A stretch of 57,721 nt of DNA, from sequence record SRR31156797_17267; one strand, written 5' to 3'. Positions within the stretch are counted from its first letter, which is position 1. Every line of letters starts with the position of its first letter. Positions 1 through 10,150 of the stretch are shown in pieces. A program made the translations under genes and the position numbers. Below the pieces are notes generated by a model, which had not been told where the DNA came from, made no database searches, and was given only the letters and a program-made list of their open reading frames with translations.

Positions 1-254
1 CAGTGCTCCAAATGTTCACAAGCTGACCGAGTGGCTATACATCGGTATGCTCGCGGGCAGGTCGTGGATAGTTGGGGTGCTGCTGAATAGTTATAAAGCA
101 ACTTACCATGGAAACGCCAAACATCAAAAAAATTTCATCAAAGCCCCTGTCAACTCACCCCAGCAGTCACGAATAGGCTATGCTCCATTTCTTATCCCTA
201 AAACAGAAAAACCTTTTGTCCCTCAATTAAACCATTACAAATACGGTTAATCGC

Positions 255-283
255 TTGACACTTCGACCCTTTTTGTTCATATT
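255..283 (+). promoter_or_regulatory. Candidate sigma70 promoter for the glycan-tailoring operon
   Basis: TTGACA (255-260), 17-nt spacer, CATATT (278-283), about 40 nt upstream of ATG 324. Confidence 0.5.
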
Positions 284-323
284 TCCCTGCCATTAAACAC
301 TCCCATTTACCGACATAACGATC

Positions 324-1127
324 ATGCTATCTCAAAATATATTCGTCGATGCTCATGTACATATTCACGAGCACTTTTCACTCAGCCGCCTATTCCTGAT
401 CAGTTTACAAAATTTTCGAAAATATTATGGCCCAAACCCCACAGGCATGATGCATGGTTTTTTACTGTTGACTGAATCTTACGGGGTAAACAAATTTGCT
501 GATCTCAAAAAACACGGCGATCAATCAGGCAATTTTTCCATACACGACACAGGTGAGAGGGAAAGCCTTAAGATTACAACGATGGGTGGACAAACTCTCT
601 ATGTAGTCTCAGGACGACAGATAGTCACTGCAGAGAAATTAGAAGTGCTTGCATTAGGTCTCGACGTAGAATACCCTGATGGCAACACTTTAAAAGAAAC
701 CCTTAAAGATCTCAAATCCACCCAGTGCCTGCGTGTTCTCCCATGGGGTGCGGGAAAATGGCTGGGCAAGAGAGGCAAGATAATACAATCACTTATCTCT
801 ACCTGGTCTGAGGAACCGCTTTTCTTAGGTGACAATGGCAACCGTCCTTCTTATTGGCCGTTACCACCCATATTTAGCGATGCTAAAACAAGAGGAATTT
901 TTAACTTACCAGGCAGCGACCCACTGCCATTCTCTGAACAGGAGAAAAAAGCAGGCAGTTTTGGCTTTAGTATTCCAGGGAAAGTTGATCCATCCAAGCC
1001 GTTTTCGTCGTTAAAGGAAGCCATCTTCTCTGCGCCAAATACTATTGAGCCTTTTGGTACCCCCGAATCCTTGCAGCCATTTATGAAACATCAAATCACA
1101 ATGCAGATTGTCAAAAAGCGTCGCTAA
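324..1127 (+). CDS. PHP-like metal-dependent hydrolase, polysaccharide-locus associated
   Basis: N-terminal DAHVHIH metal motif, GRQIVTAEKLEVLALG, late GSDPLP motif; first gene of a tightly spaced operon. Confidence 0.6.
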   Translation: MLSQNIFVDAHVHIHEHFSLSRLFLISLQNFRKYYGPNPTGMMHGFLLLTESYGVNKFADLKKHGDQSGNFSIHDTGERESLKITTMGGQTLYVVSGRQIVTAEKLEVLALGLDVEYPDGNTLKETLKDLKSTQCLRVLPWGAGKWLGKRGKIIQSLISTWSEEPLFLGDNGNRPSYWPLPPIFSDAKTRGIFNLPGSDPLPFSEQEKKAGSFGFSIPGKVDPSKPFSSLKEAIFSAPNTIEPFGTPESLQPFMKHQITMQIVKKRR

Positions 1128-1157
1128 TTACTTCTTCCAAAACCATTCCCAATTACC

Positions 1158-2339
1158 ATGAAATTACTTGTCGTTGCACCACAACCTTTCTTTTCTCCCC
1201 GTGGAACCCCGTTCAGTGTCTATTACCGGACTCTTATAAGCGTTGAGTTGGGTTGTGATATAGATTTCCTTACTTATGGGCAGGGTGAGAATGTAGACAT
1301 ACCAAATGTACGTTTTTATCGTACTCCCCCTTTCAATTTTTTAGGACACATTAAGCTTGGCCCGTCCGTCCTCAAACTGTTTCACGATATTTTTATTTTC
1401 TTTTGGATGCTCTGGCTGCTCATTCGCAATAAATATGATGTTGTCCATGTACATGAAGAAGCGGTTTTTTTTGCGACCTTTTTAAAACCTCTCTTCCGTT
1501 TCAAGCTCCTGTATGACATGCATTCAAGCCTGCCTCAGCAACTCACTAACTTTAATTTTACAAAAAGCAAATTACTCATCAATACCTTCCGCTGGTTGGA
1601 GGACAAAAGCTTAACAAAAAGCGAGGCTATAATTACCATCTGCCCAGACCTTTTCGACTATGTAAATAAGGTCCTTCCTGGTAACAATAGAAACTTCCTT
1701 ATTGAAAACTCTATCCTTGAACCGGTTCGTTTAGCAGGTTGCTCTACGGTACAGAATGAAGAGGTTAGTTCTCTACCAGTTGCAATACCAGCTGCATTCA
1801 AAGACATTGCTGTATATGCTGGAACCCTTGAATCGTATCAGGGAATAGACCTGCTTATTGATGCAATACCATTGATTACAGAAAAGAATCCTGATATCGG
1901 TTTCGTCATTGTTGGGGGAACCCAAGAGCAGGTTGAAAATTTCCAGCAACAGGCTAAAAAATTAAATGTAACCGATAATGTTATTTTTACAGGTCGAGTT
2001 GCACAAAATATTGCCAGGGCATACAGCAATCTTGCTACAATTTTGCTCTCACCACGAAGCAGCGGCACCAATACTCCGTTAAAGATATACGAACAATTAG
2101 CATCTTCAATCCCTCTAGTAGCCACTGCAATATATTCCCACACCCAAGTGCTTACAGATGAAGTAGCATTTTTAGTAGAACCAACGCCACAAGATATCGC
2201 CCGCGGTGTCCTGGAAGCTACGAACCCTAACGGTGCAGGTAAAGAAAAAGCGATTAATGCCCTAAATCTTTACAATAAAGAGTACGCCCGCCCGGTCTAT
2301 GTTAAAAAGTTACAAACCGTTCTGGAGTACCTCTCCTAA
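1158..2339 (+). CDS. Glycosyltransferase family 4
   Basis: GT-B signatures YAGTLESYQGIDLL and NTPLKIYEQLASSIPLVAT. Confidence 0.9.
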   Translation: MKLLVVAPQPFFSPRGTPFSVYYRTLISVELGCDIDFLTYGQGENVDIPNVRFYRTPPFNFLGHIKLGPSVLKLFHDIFIFFWMLWLLIRNKYDVVHVHEEAVFFATFLKPLFRFKLLYDMHSSLPQQLTNFNFTKSKLLINTFRWLEDKSLTKSEAIITICPDLFDYVNKVLPGNNRNFLIENSILEPVRLAGCSTVQNEEVSSLPVAIPAAFKDIAVYAGTLESYQGIDLLIDAIPLITEKNPDIGFVIVGGTQEQVENFQQQAKKLNVTDNVIFTGRVAQNIARAYSNLATILLSPRSSGTNTPLKIYEQLASSIPLVATAIYSHTQVLTDEVAFLVEPTPQDIARGVLEATNPNGAGKEKAINALNLYNKEYARPVYVKKLQTVLEYLS

Positions 2340-4216
2340 TGTGCGGTATAGCTGGCTTTGTACGCTTTTGCGGCGAAAATAAAACATCGGACACCAAATA
2401 CTTAGAAGAAATGGTGCAAACTCTCCATCACAGGGGGCCAGATGAAAAAGGTTTAGCAATACACCACGGTGTAGCAATGGGAATGCGACGCCTGGCAATC
2501 ATAGACCTCAGTGGTGGGACTCAGCCTATTTACAACGAGGACAAAAGCATCTGGACTGTTTTTAACGGTGAATTATATAATTTTCCACAGTTAAAAAAAG
2601 AACTTCAGCAGTATGGGCATATTTTTCGTACCGATAGTGACACCGAAGTAATTGTTCATGGATACGAGCAGTGGGGAGCTGATTTTGTAAAACGCCTTAA
2701 CGGTATGTTTGCTATTGCCCTGCACGACATGAATAAAAAATGTTTCATTCTAGCACGCGACCACCTTGGAATAAAACCCCTCTATTTCTCCTTTCAAAAA
2801 GACCGATTATTGTTTGGATCGGAAATTAAGGCATTACTTACTACGCCCTGGGCTCAACGGTCTCTCAACATGGAAGCTCTTGCAGAGTTTCTGGCATGGG
2901 AATACATTCCAGGTAAAGCTACTCTCTTTAAGGATATCAAAAAGCTTCTGCCGGGGCAGTTGCTTCACATAAACCTGAATGCACCCCAATGTTCCCCAAA
3001 AAGTTTTTGGGACATTCCTCTTTCTTCTCCTACCTCACCATCTCTTTCTGAACATGAGTGGGAAGAAAAGATTTTCGCCCAAATTCAAGCATCCACCCGG
3101 ATGCAAATGATCAGCGATGTCCCGCTTGGTGCCTTTTTATCAGGTGGTGTCGATTCCTCACTCATTGCCGCATGTATGGGAAAAGTCCAAACATTCAGTA
3201 TTGGATTTGATGATCCCACATACAACGAACTTACGTGGGCAAGAAAAGTCGCAGACCATATAGGCGTTGAACATAGGGACGAAATAATCCGCCCTGACAT
3301 TGTCAGCCTTTTTGATCAACTGATGCACTTTATGGATGACCCTATTGGTGATTTCTCTATTTTCCCGACCTTTCTCGTCTCTCAGCTTGCGAGACGTCAT
3401 GTAACGGTTGCCTTGAGTGGTGACGGTGGAGATGAGCTTTTTGCAGGGTATGAAAGCTACCTCGCTCAAGAAAAAGCCCGCATGTACCAGCGAATCCCTT
3501 CCTGGATGCGCCAAGGCCTTATGGAACCTATTATTTCCAGCCTAAAACCAAGCCCTCAAAAAAAAGGCTTGGTAAACAAAGCCAAAAGATTCATTGAAGG
3601 CGCAGCCTACCCTGAATCCCTCTCTCATGCTAGATGGCGACTTTTTGTCAGCGACACCCTAAGGGAAAATCTACTTTCTCCTGATGTTCTCCAACAGGTG
3701 AAAAATCCTGCGGCGCACCATATTGAACAACTGTTTCAACAGGCTGGCAACAGGGGAGAACTTGACCAAAGTCTCTATGTTGATGTCAAGAGCTACCTCA
3801 GTGACAATATCCTTACAAAAGTAGACCGTATGTCCATGGCTGTCAGCTTGGAAACCAGGGTCCCCTTACTGGACAAAGACCTTGTCGAGCTCGCCTTCCA
3901 AGTACCTGAAAAATACAAACTTTCAGGAAACGAGACTAAATCTATATTGAAAAAAGTTGCCAGTCGATTAGTACCTAAAGAATGTATCTATCGCCCCAAA
4001 GAAGGCTTTTCGATTCCTATAAAGCATTGGCTGAATACTGAGTTCAAGCCATTAATGGACGAACACCTCAATAAACAATCAATTGACCAAGGTGGCATTT
4101 TCCAATGGCCGACAATTAAACGTCTCAAACAGGAGCACAGCTCCGGACAAGCCAACCACAGTCATATTCTCTGGGCACTTATCGTTTTCCACGACTGGAA
4201 CAAACGTTGGTGTTGA
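2339..4216 (+). CDS. asnB: Asparagine synthase (glutamine-hydrolysing) family amidotransferase, probably for polysaccharide amidation
   Basis: N-terminal MCGIAG Ntn cysteine, HRGPD, RRLAIID, LSGGVDSS, SGDGGDELF, DRMSMAVSLETRVP. Confidence 0.93.
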   Translation: MCGIAGFVRFCGENKTSDTKYLEEMVQTLHHRGPDEKGLAIHHGVAMGMRRLAIIDLSGGTQPIYNEDKSIWTVFNGELYNFPQLKKELQQYGHIFRTDSDTEVIVHGYEQWGADFVKRLNGMFAIALHDMNKKCFILARDHLGIKPLYFSFQKDRLLFGSEIKALLTTPWAQRSLNMEALAEFLAWEYIPGKATLFKDIKKLLPGQLLHINLNAPQCSPKSFWDIPLSSPTSPSLSEHEWEEKIFAQIQASTRMQMISDVPLGAFLSGGVDSSLIAACMGKVQTFSIGFDDPTYNELTWARKVADHIGVEHRDEIIRPDIVSLFDQLMHFMDDPIGDFSIFPTFLVSQLARRHVTVALSGDGGDELFAGYESYLAQEKARMYQRIPSWMRQGLMEPIISSLKPSPQKKGLVNKAKRFIEGAAYPESLSHARWRLFVSDTLRENLLSPDVLQQVKNPAAHHIEQLFQQAGNRGELDQSLYVDVKSYLSDNILTKVDRMSMAVSLETRVPLLDKDLVELAFQVPEKYKLSGNETKSILKKVASRLVPKECIYRPKEGFSIPIKHWLNTEFKPLMDEHLNKQSIDQGGIFQWPTIKRLKQEHSSGQANHSHILWALIVFHDWNKRWC

Positions 4217-4273
4217 CCACGATAAAAAAACTACTGCAACCAACTTCCCACCAACCCCTTTCGCAACTCCATT

Positions 4274-5800
4274 ATGCCTACTATCAAGAGAGAGCCACGC
4301 TTAGCAACCCAGACTCATTATGACCTTATTATTATTGGAGGGGGGATATACGGCGTTGCGCTAGCCTACACAGCTTCTCACTTGGGGTTGACAAACCTGG
4401 TCATCGAAAAAAAGGATTTTGGATGGTCTACCACATACAACCATCTGCGAACAGTGCACGGAGGCCTACGCTATCTTCAGACTCTTGACTTACACCGGTT
4501 CAAAGAATCTGTAGCAGAAAGACACTGGTTCCTCAAAGAATTTCCCGGCCTGGTTACGCCTTTACCCTGCCTCATGCCTCTTTACGGCAATGGCCCGTAC
4601 CGACCATCTGTTTTCAAAGTGGCTCTCCTGGCTAACGATTTCCTCTCTCGAAAAAGAAATGCGCTTGTTGCCCCTGGCCAAGAACTGAATAATGGCCAAG
4701 TTCTATCTCCTGAAGAAGTAGCCATTTTTTTCCCACAGGTAGATCGTGAAGGTTTAAAGGGTGGAGCAGTTTGGTACGATGGAGGCATGCCATATTCTCA
4801 ACTGCTTATTATGGAGATGCTTCAGAGGGCATGCGCCAGTAAAACCACAGCCCTTAATTATATGGAAGCTGACGACCTTATCCTCAGCAAACAAAAGGTA
4901 TGCGGGGTCAAATGTCGTGATAAAGAAACCGGTACCTTTTTGGAATTTACAAGTCCTCGTGTCATTAATGCGGCAGGTCCCTGGTGTAGAGACCTTGCTG
5001 CCAAATTTCATAATGACGACCCAGATCTTTTCAAGTATTCCATAGCCTGGAACGTTCTTTTTGATCGTCCTGCACTTTCAGACCATTCTTTAGCCATCAA
5101 ACCCAAACGCCCCAACAGCAGCATGTACTTTGTGCACGGTTTTAACGGGAGACTCATGGGAGGTACTATCCACTCCCCATGGGATAAGGTTTGTGATAAT
5201 CCTCAGCCTTCATTACAGGATGTTGCAGCGTATATAGATGACCTTAATTTAACTGTCCCTGGTCTAAAGCTAGAGCAGAAAGACGTCCTTCACATCTATT
5301 CTGGCCTACTGCCAGCCCAGGAACAGGGCTCAGCAAAACTCGCAAATCGCCCAATCATTAAGGATCATGGAGCATCCGGTGGTCCTCAAGGAATATATAG
5401 TGTCTCCGGCGTTAAATTTACAACAGCCAGGCTCGTTGCAGAACAAGCCTTGCAAACAATTTTCCCTCAACTGAAAAAAGATGCGGCTCAAACAGACTTT
5501 GCCTCAACAAATCAATCACCGGCAGAGCCAGATGGCCTTTTCAGCTATGACTGGTATCCAGAAGCAGGTGATGAGAAATGGCAAGAAAGACTCAGCCGCA
5601 TTATAAGCAACCAATCTGTACACCATTTGGAGGATCTTATACTTCGCAGGACCACCCTTGGTGACAATCCGTATAGAGCACTCGACATCGCTCCACAAGT
5701 TATGGCTCTTTTTCCATGGGATGCTGAACGAAAAAAACAGGAATTAGAAAGCCTGACAAACTATTTTCAGTCGAGAAACACAAAAAGTGATGGATCGTAA
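4274..5800 (+). CDS. FAD-dependent oxidoreductase, glycerol-3-phosphate dehydrogenase/oxidase-like
   Basis: GGGIYG FAD motif, HGGLRYL, INAAGPW, GVKFTTAR, EDLILRRT. Confidence 0.85.
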   Translation: MPTIKREPRLATQTHYDLIIIGGGIYGVALAYTASHLGLTNLVIEKKDFGWSTTYNHLRTVHGGLRYLQTLDLHRFKESVAERHWFLKEFPGLVTPLPCLMPLYGNGPYRPSVFKVALLANDFLSRKRNALVAPGQELNNGQVLSPEEVAIFFPQVDREGLKGGAVWYDGGMPYSQLLIMEMLQRACASKTTALNYMEADDLILSKQKVCGVKCRDKETGTFLEFTSPRVINAAGPWCRDLAAKFHNDDPDLFKYSIAWNVLFDRPALSDHSLAIKPKRPNSSMYFVHGFNGRLMGGTIHSPWDKVCDNPQPSLQDVAAYIDDLNLTVPGLKLEQKDVLHIYSGLLPAQEQGSAKLANRPIIKDHGASGGPQGIYSVSGVKFTTARLVAEQALQTIFPQLKKDAAQTDFASTNQSPAEPDGLFSYDWYPEAGDEKWQERLSRIISNQSVHHLEDLILRRTTLGDNPYRALDIAPQVMALFPWDAERKKQELESLTNYFQSRNTKSDGS

Positions 5801-5842
5801 AGATAACTCCCCCGTTTTTGCTTTAAGACCATCCATGACCTC

Positions 5843-6084
5843 TAACCCAAATTTCTCATGAGCATTTTTTCATTTTATTAAAAGACGTATGATTTCAAAT
5901 TCATACTATTAAAATCAAACAGATATAGAATTAACAAAATGCCCACCGAAGGTCAGCCCATGCGGCACCATCTCCTTTAGTCTTTTGGCAATAAAAGGTA
6001 AGCGTAGACTCCAATAGTCTACTATGATTTACCACCAAAAACTTTGAATAGGGCACCGCCTGAGCTGATGAGAAATCCGGGTTA
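5843..6084. mobile_element. MITE-like or internally deleted IS, 242 bp
   Basis: Terminal inverted repeats TAACCCAAATTTCTCAT (5843-5859) and ATGAGAAATCCGGGTTA (6068-6084) match at 15/17; no transposase ORF inside; sits in the 5800-6215 gap of an otherwise tight operon. Confidence 0.6.
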
Positions 6085-6214
6085 AACGCCTTCTAGCTTT
6101 TTCTTTATGACAATGTTTGCCTTATATTAAGATGATATGTTAGCAATAAAGACTGCACTGTTTTTTTCGATAAAAATATCGCCTTCATCTACTCTTTAAA
6201 CTTTATTCTATTAA

Positions 6215-7036
6215 GTGAGCGCAGCAATGACGGATACACTTCCTTGGCAAATTCGCATGTTTCGAAAAACACTCAAGAAACAAATGCGATTACGTGAGCT
6301 GAAAAATCTTTTAACACCCATCCAAAACGATGAAAAATGCCTTTTAGTCACATGCGGTGATAACAATGGGGCAATGAACTATTTCCTGCGGGAACTTGGC
6401 GGTAAATGGTCATGGGCGGAGCTTGAGGAACAGTCGCTTGAAGAGATGAAAGATTTACTTCAAGAAGATGTCCTTCGCGGCAGTTATGAAAAACTCGACT
6501 ACGAAGATAAATATTTCGACCGTGTTGTTTCCATAGATTGCCTGGAACATATTGAGGACCCTGTCCTTTTCACAAATGAACTCCACCGCATCACAAAAAT
6601 TGGTGGACGGGTTATTATAACAATTCCAGGGGGCGACCAAAGTAAGATTGTCAATAAACTTAAAGACTTTGTTGGCATGACTAAAGAATCATACGGTCAT
6701 ATCCGTGACGGCTTAACCGTCGCCGAGCTTCAACCAATCATGAAAAATGCAGGATACACGCCTTTAAGAAATGTCACCTTCTCACGTTTTTTCACCGAGA
6801 TGGTCGAGCTGATCATCAATGTTCTTTATGTTAAAATACTTTCAAAAAAATCGGAGGCTAAGGTCGAAGAAGGGACCATTGCACCGGCGACTAAGGATCA
6901 ATTGAAATCAGTAGAAAAGTCCTACAAAATGTATGCGATTGCCTACCCTTTTTTCAAGGCTATTTCCTCATTGGATGTTCTGCTGTCTTGGTCGGAAGGT
7001 TACGTAACAATGACAGAGGGGAAACGTGATGCCTGA
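6215..7036 (+). CDS. Class I SAM-dependent methyltransferase (alternative start ATG 6227)
   Basis: YFDRVVSIDCLEHIEDP and ELHRITKIGGRVIITIP post-motif-II signatures. Confidence 0.8.
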   Translation: MSAAMTDTLPWQIRMFRKTLKKQMRLRELKNLLTPIQNDEKCLLVTCGDNNGAMNYFLRELGGKWSWAELEEQSLEEMKDLLQEDVLRGSYEKLDYEDKYFDRVVSIDCLEHIEDPVLFTNELHRITKIGGRVIITIPGGDQSKIVNKLKDFVGMTKESYGHIRDGLTVAELQPIMKNAGYTPLRNVTFSRFFTEMVELIINVLYVKILSKKSEAKVEEGTIAPATKDQLKSVEKSYKMYAIAYPFFKAISSLDVLLSWSEGYVTMTEGKRDA

Positions 7037-8018
7037 TGAGGTCAGAAAAATTCTAGTAACTGGTGCCGGCGGCTTCCTTGGGTACCACATGGCCAACTTT
7101 CTCAGTGATCAAGGATATACCGTTACAGGGATGGACGTTCATTTTCCAGAAACCACCCCCGACGGAAGCAAGCCGCGGTTTCAAATTGTTCATTCAGACT
7201 TCAGGAAAAGGGAGGCAACAGAAAAGGCCCTTGAAGGTGCTGACATAGTTTACCACTTTGCAAGTGCTCACCTCCAGATAAGCCTCGATGAGTCTGAGTA
7301 CTGGGATATTAATGTCAATAGCATGCCCACCTTGCTCAAAGCAGCCAAAGCAGCAGGATGCAAACGATTCATCCATGTAAGTTCTGTGGGGGCGTACGGA
7401 AAGCTTACAGAAATTCCTGCAAACGAAGAAACCGTTTGTCACCCTCAGTCCACCTACGGAGAAACAAAACTGGCTGGCGAACAGGAAGTTATTTCCACCT
7501 GTAGGGATCTCGACTTACCGTTTGTCATCCTGAGACCGGCATGGATATACGGACAGGGGTGTCCCCGCACAGCAAAGCTACATCGCATGCTCAAGAAAAG
7601 ACGTTTCATCATGATTGGCAAAGGCCTCAATAAAAGGCATCCAATGTATATAAAAGATATGCTGAAGGCATTCTGGCTTGCCATGGATAGTGAACCGGCA
7701 CTTGGTGAAACGATGATAATAGGCGGTGATCAGATTATTACGACCAAAGAGCTCGTTGACACCTTTTCCAATGAACTTGATATTCCTGGCCCGCTCATTA
7801 CTCTCCCCTATCAGGTTGGAGTAATTCTAGCAACTGTAGCAGAAACACTGTTTGGGATTTTAGGCAAAGAACCGCCACTATCAAGAAGAACACTCGAATT
7901 TTTTGACACAGACAATGGATTTGATGTCTCAAAATCAAAAAAACTACTTTCCTTTATACCGCAGTATTCTTTCAGGGAGGGTGTTGAAGACTACGCCAAA
8001 GAATTCAACAGGCTGTGA
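7026..8018 (+). CDS. NAD-dependent epimerase/dehydratase (extended SDR)
   Basis: VTGAGGFLG, HVSSVGAYG, catalytic YGETK, LRPAWIYG. Confidence 0.9.
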   Translation: MMPDEVRKILVTGAGGFLGYHMANFLSDQGYTVTGMDVHFPETTPDGSKPRFQIVHSDFRKREATEKALEGADIVYHFASAHLQISLDESEYWDINVNSMPTLLKAAKAAGCKRFIHVSSVGAYGKLTEIPANEETVCHPQSTYGETKLAGEQEVISTCRDLDLPFVILRPAWIYGQGCPRTAKLHRMLKKRRFIMIGKGLNKRHPMYIKDMLKAFWLAMDSEPALGETMIIGGDQIITTKELVDTFSNELDIPGPLITLPYQVGVILATVAETLFGILGKEPPLSRRTLEFFDTDNGFDVSKSKKLLSFIPQYSFREGVEDYAKEFNRL

Positions 8019-9690
8019 ACCGGTTCATACCAAACAGCCAATCAAGCATATTGCGCAGATAATCAGACAAGCGTGGTTTACCTGTACCAGTTTCCACATA
8101 CCAGTTATCAACAAGTGTTGTCAGTTGTTCCATCGTAGAAGGGTTATAGATTATCTGTCCGTTTTGAGCACTGACATTACAGTTATGATCAGCCTTGTAC
8201 AGGGTGCTGTATTTTTTGGGAAAACTACTTTCTTTAGCATAACAGCGTAAAAAATCTTTATCAGCTGCAGGTTCCCTCTGTCCATCGATAAACAACACAG
8301 GTTTATGGTGCCAGCTCCTCATTTTTGGCCGCATGTGCACCATATCCCTTGCCAAAATACTGTCCAGCCAGACCTCTTTTGTAAACCAATCAGGAAAGGA
8401 TGCCCGTCCGTACTGTTGTTGCCCGATATGATGCGCCCAGTGCCAAAAAAAATCACGATCTGGAGGATAGTGGAATCGTTCCCAGACACGCCGAGGGGGA
8501 CCGACAAGGACTATAGTGCTTACGTGGTCGGACTCCATGCCTACCCGTAAGGCCGGATCAGCTCCCATGGAATGCCCTATCACCCCTATCTGGCCTGATT
8601 TAACCAAAGGAAGCTCTGCCAAATAGGTGATGGCCGCATGGGTTTCCATTTCCAGATCGACCCTTCGGGCTACATCCCCAGCAAAGGGATCTTCAGAATG
8701 CCCGTAGCCAGCAAAATCTATAGTCATCACCAAATATCCTTTTAAAGCAATTTCCTGCGCCAGCACCTGATAAAGTGGAAACATCTGTCCTGCCGGATAA
8801 TTCCCGTGAAGAAGCAGTAGTGCAGGTATTTCTCCTTTTGCTTCTTTTGCCTTATACACTCTCGCAGTAATTTTCAAACCGTCCTTTCTTTGAAGAGAGA
8901 GCTCCTGCCTGTCAAAATCTTTTTTATATGCTTGAAGAATCTGGTTTCCCTGGTCACCAGTTAAAAAACTTTTTTCTTCCAACCAGTAATACACTCCAGC
9001 ACAACACCAGGTAGCAATCGCTAAAACTATACAGACGTTATGTACCCATATTGTCAACAAGGTTGGTTTTGCAGGCGATATTACCTCACGCTTCCCTCTC
9101 CTAATGGCAAGCTTCCATGAAAAACGAGATTGAAAAACCACAAGAGGGTAAATCATAAAAACTAAGGCAAACGCAAGCCCTGGAACAACTGCAATCTTGG
9201 AAAGCAATGATCGGTTTACCTTCACCAAAATCTGTGGATCGGGTTGTTGCCATGTGACGAGAGCACTCCCTTTACTATCAACTGTTAATAACTTGATATC
9301 TCTCAATTCTTTGAGTTTATCTGTCTCTATAACAGCAACTACTTCATTATTTTTATCAACAAGTGCAAGGTACTCTATCTTTACTTGTTTTCCCTCACCC
9401 TCAAAATCTACTCTCAACTTACGCACTCTTGTAGATGGCAGAGAATAACGAATAGACTGGGTTTGAAAGCCACCGCGGAGTTGTTTTTTTGCACTGACTT
9501 TCTCAGAGAACCCATTACCTGTATCGAAAAACACTTGGACAACCGTCGGAGAATCTGCGGCAGCTTGCAAAGAAAGATAGGATTCCTGCTGGGGTGGGCT
9601 CAAAAAAACTGCGAGAATCAATGCTATAGCAGTAGAAAGGAAAAAACACCACACGGGTGAAAGGGGGCGACCGAATAACTTGTTTTTCAT
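8005..9690 (-). CDS. Membrane-anchored alpha/beta hydrolase with an N-terminal extracytoplasmic beta domain
   Basis: Three hydrophobic segments; LLLHG, DFAGYGHSE, nucleophile elbow GHSMG, late ADHN His. Confidence 0.75.
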   Translation of the reverse strand: MKNKLFGRPLSPVWCFFLSTAIALILAVFLSPPQQESYLSLQAAADSPTVVQVFFDTGNGFSEKVSAKKQLRGGFQTQSIRYSLPSTRVRKLRVDFEGEGKQVKIEYLALVDKNNEVVAVIETDKLKELRDIKLLTVDSKGSALVTWQQPDPQILVKVNRSLLSKIAVVPGLAFALVFMIYPLVVFQSRFSWKLAIRRGKREVISPAKPTLLTIWVHNVCIVLAIATWCCAGVYYWLEEKSFLTGDQGNQILQAYKKDFDRQELSLQRKDGLKITARVYKAKEAKGEIPALLLLHGNYPAGQMFPLYQVLAQEIALKGYLVMTIDFAGYGHSEDPFAGDVARRVDLEMETHAAITYLAELPLVKSGQIGVIGHSMGADPALRVGMESDHVSTIVLVGPPRRVWERFHYPPDRDFFWHWAHHIGQQQYGRASFPDWFTKEVWLDSILARDMVHMRPKMRSWHHKPVLFIDGQREPAADKDFLRCYAKESSFPKKYSTLYKADHNCNVSAQNGQIIYNPSTMEQLTTLVDNWYVETGTGKPRLSDYLRNMLDWLFGMNRFTAC

Positions 9691-10150
9691 TGCATTAGTA
9701 AATAAAACTGTCAGCTATTGACGCAGCAAAAAATATGATACAGAGGCGTTTATCACACTTCAGACATCTACTCACTGGTCTACCTAAATTTTTAGGGATA
9801 AGCTGCACTTTAAACAAAACGATGGGTTTGATGAATAAATATCTTTGCGGCCCTCATGGTGACAGATAATTTGCGAGCTAAATAAATTACAGGGTGTTGC
9901 CACCAATGTAACAACAATCGAAAAAAACTCCGGGGGGAACATCGATGCAAAAGCAGGCTAAAGCGGTTTTGCGATACTGCTCAATTAAAAGTCAGCCTCT
10001 CGCTCAAGACAGGAGCAGACGAGAGGTTTATAAACAATACAAGGATATGAGGAAATAAGCATTACTTGCCCAACTACTAGGAGTAACTACCATTTTTTCA
10101 TCAACCGGGCCCCCAACAACCTCATGAGGACCCAGTTAATCTGTTAAAAA

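Noticed and set aside
2339-4216. AsnB as the lasso cyclase for the RRE/kinase module
   Set aside because: It keeps the N-terminal Cys glutaminase domain, lies on the opposite strand in a GT operon, and no B2 protease or ring-competent precursor is seen.
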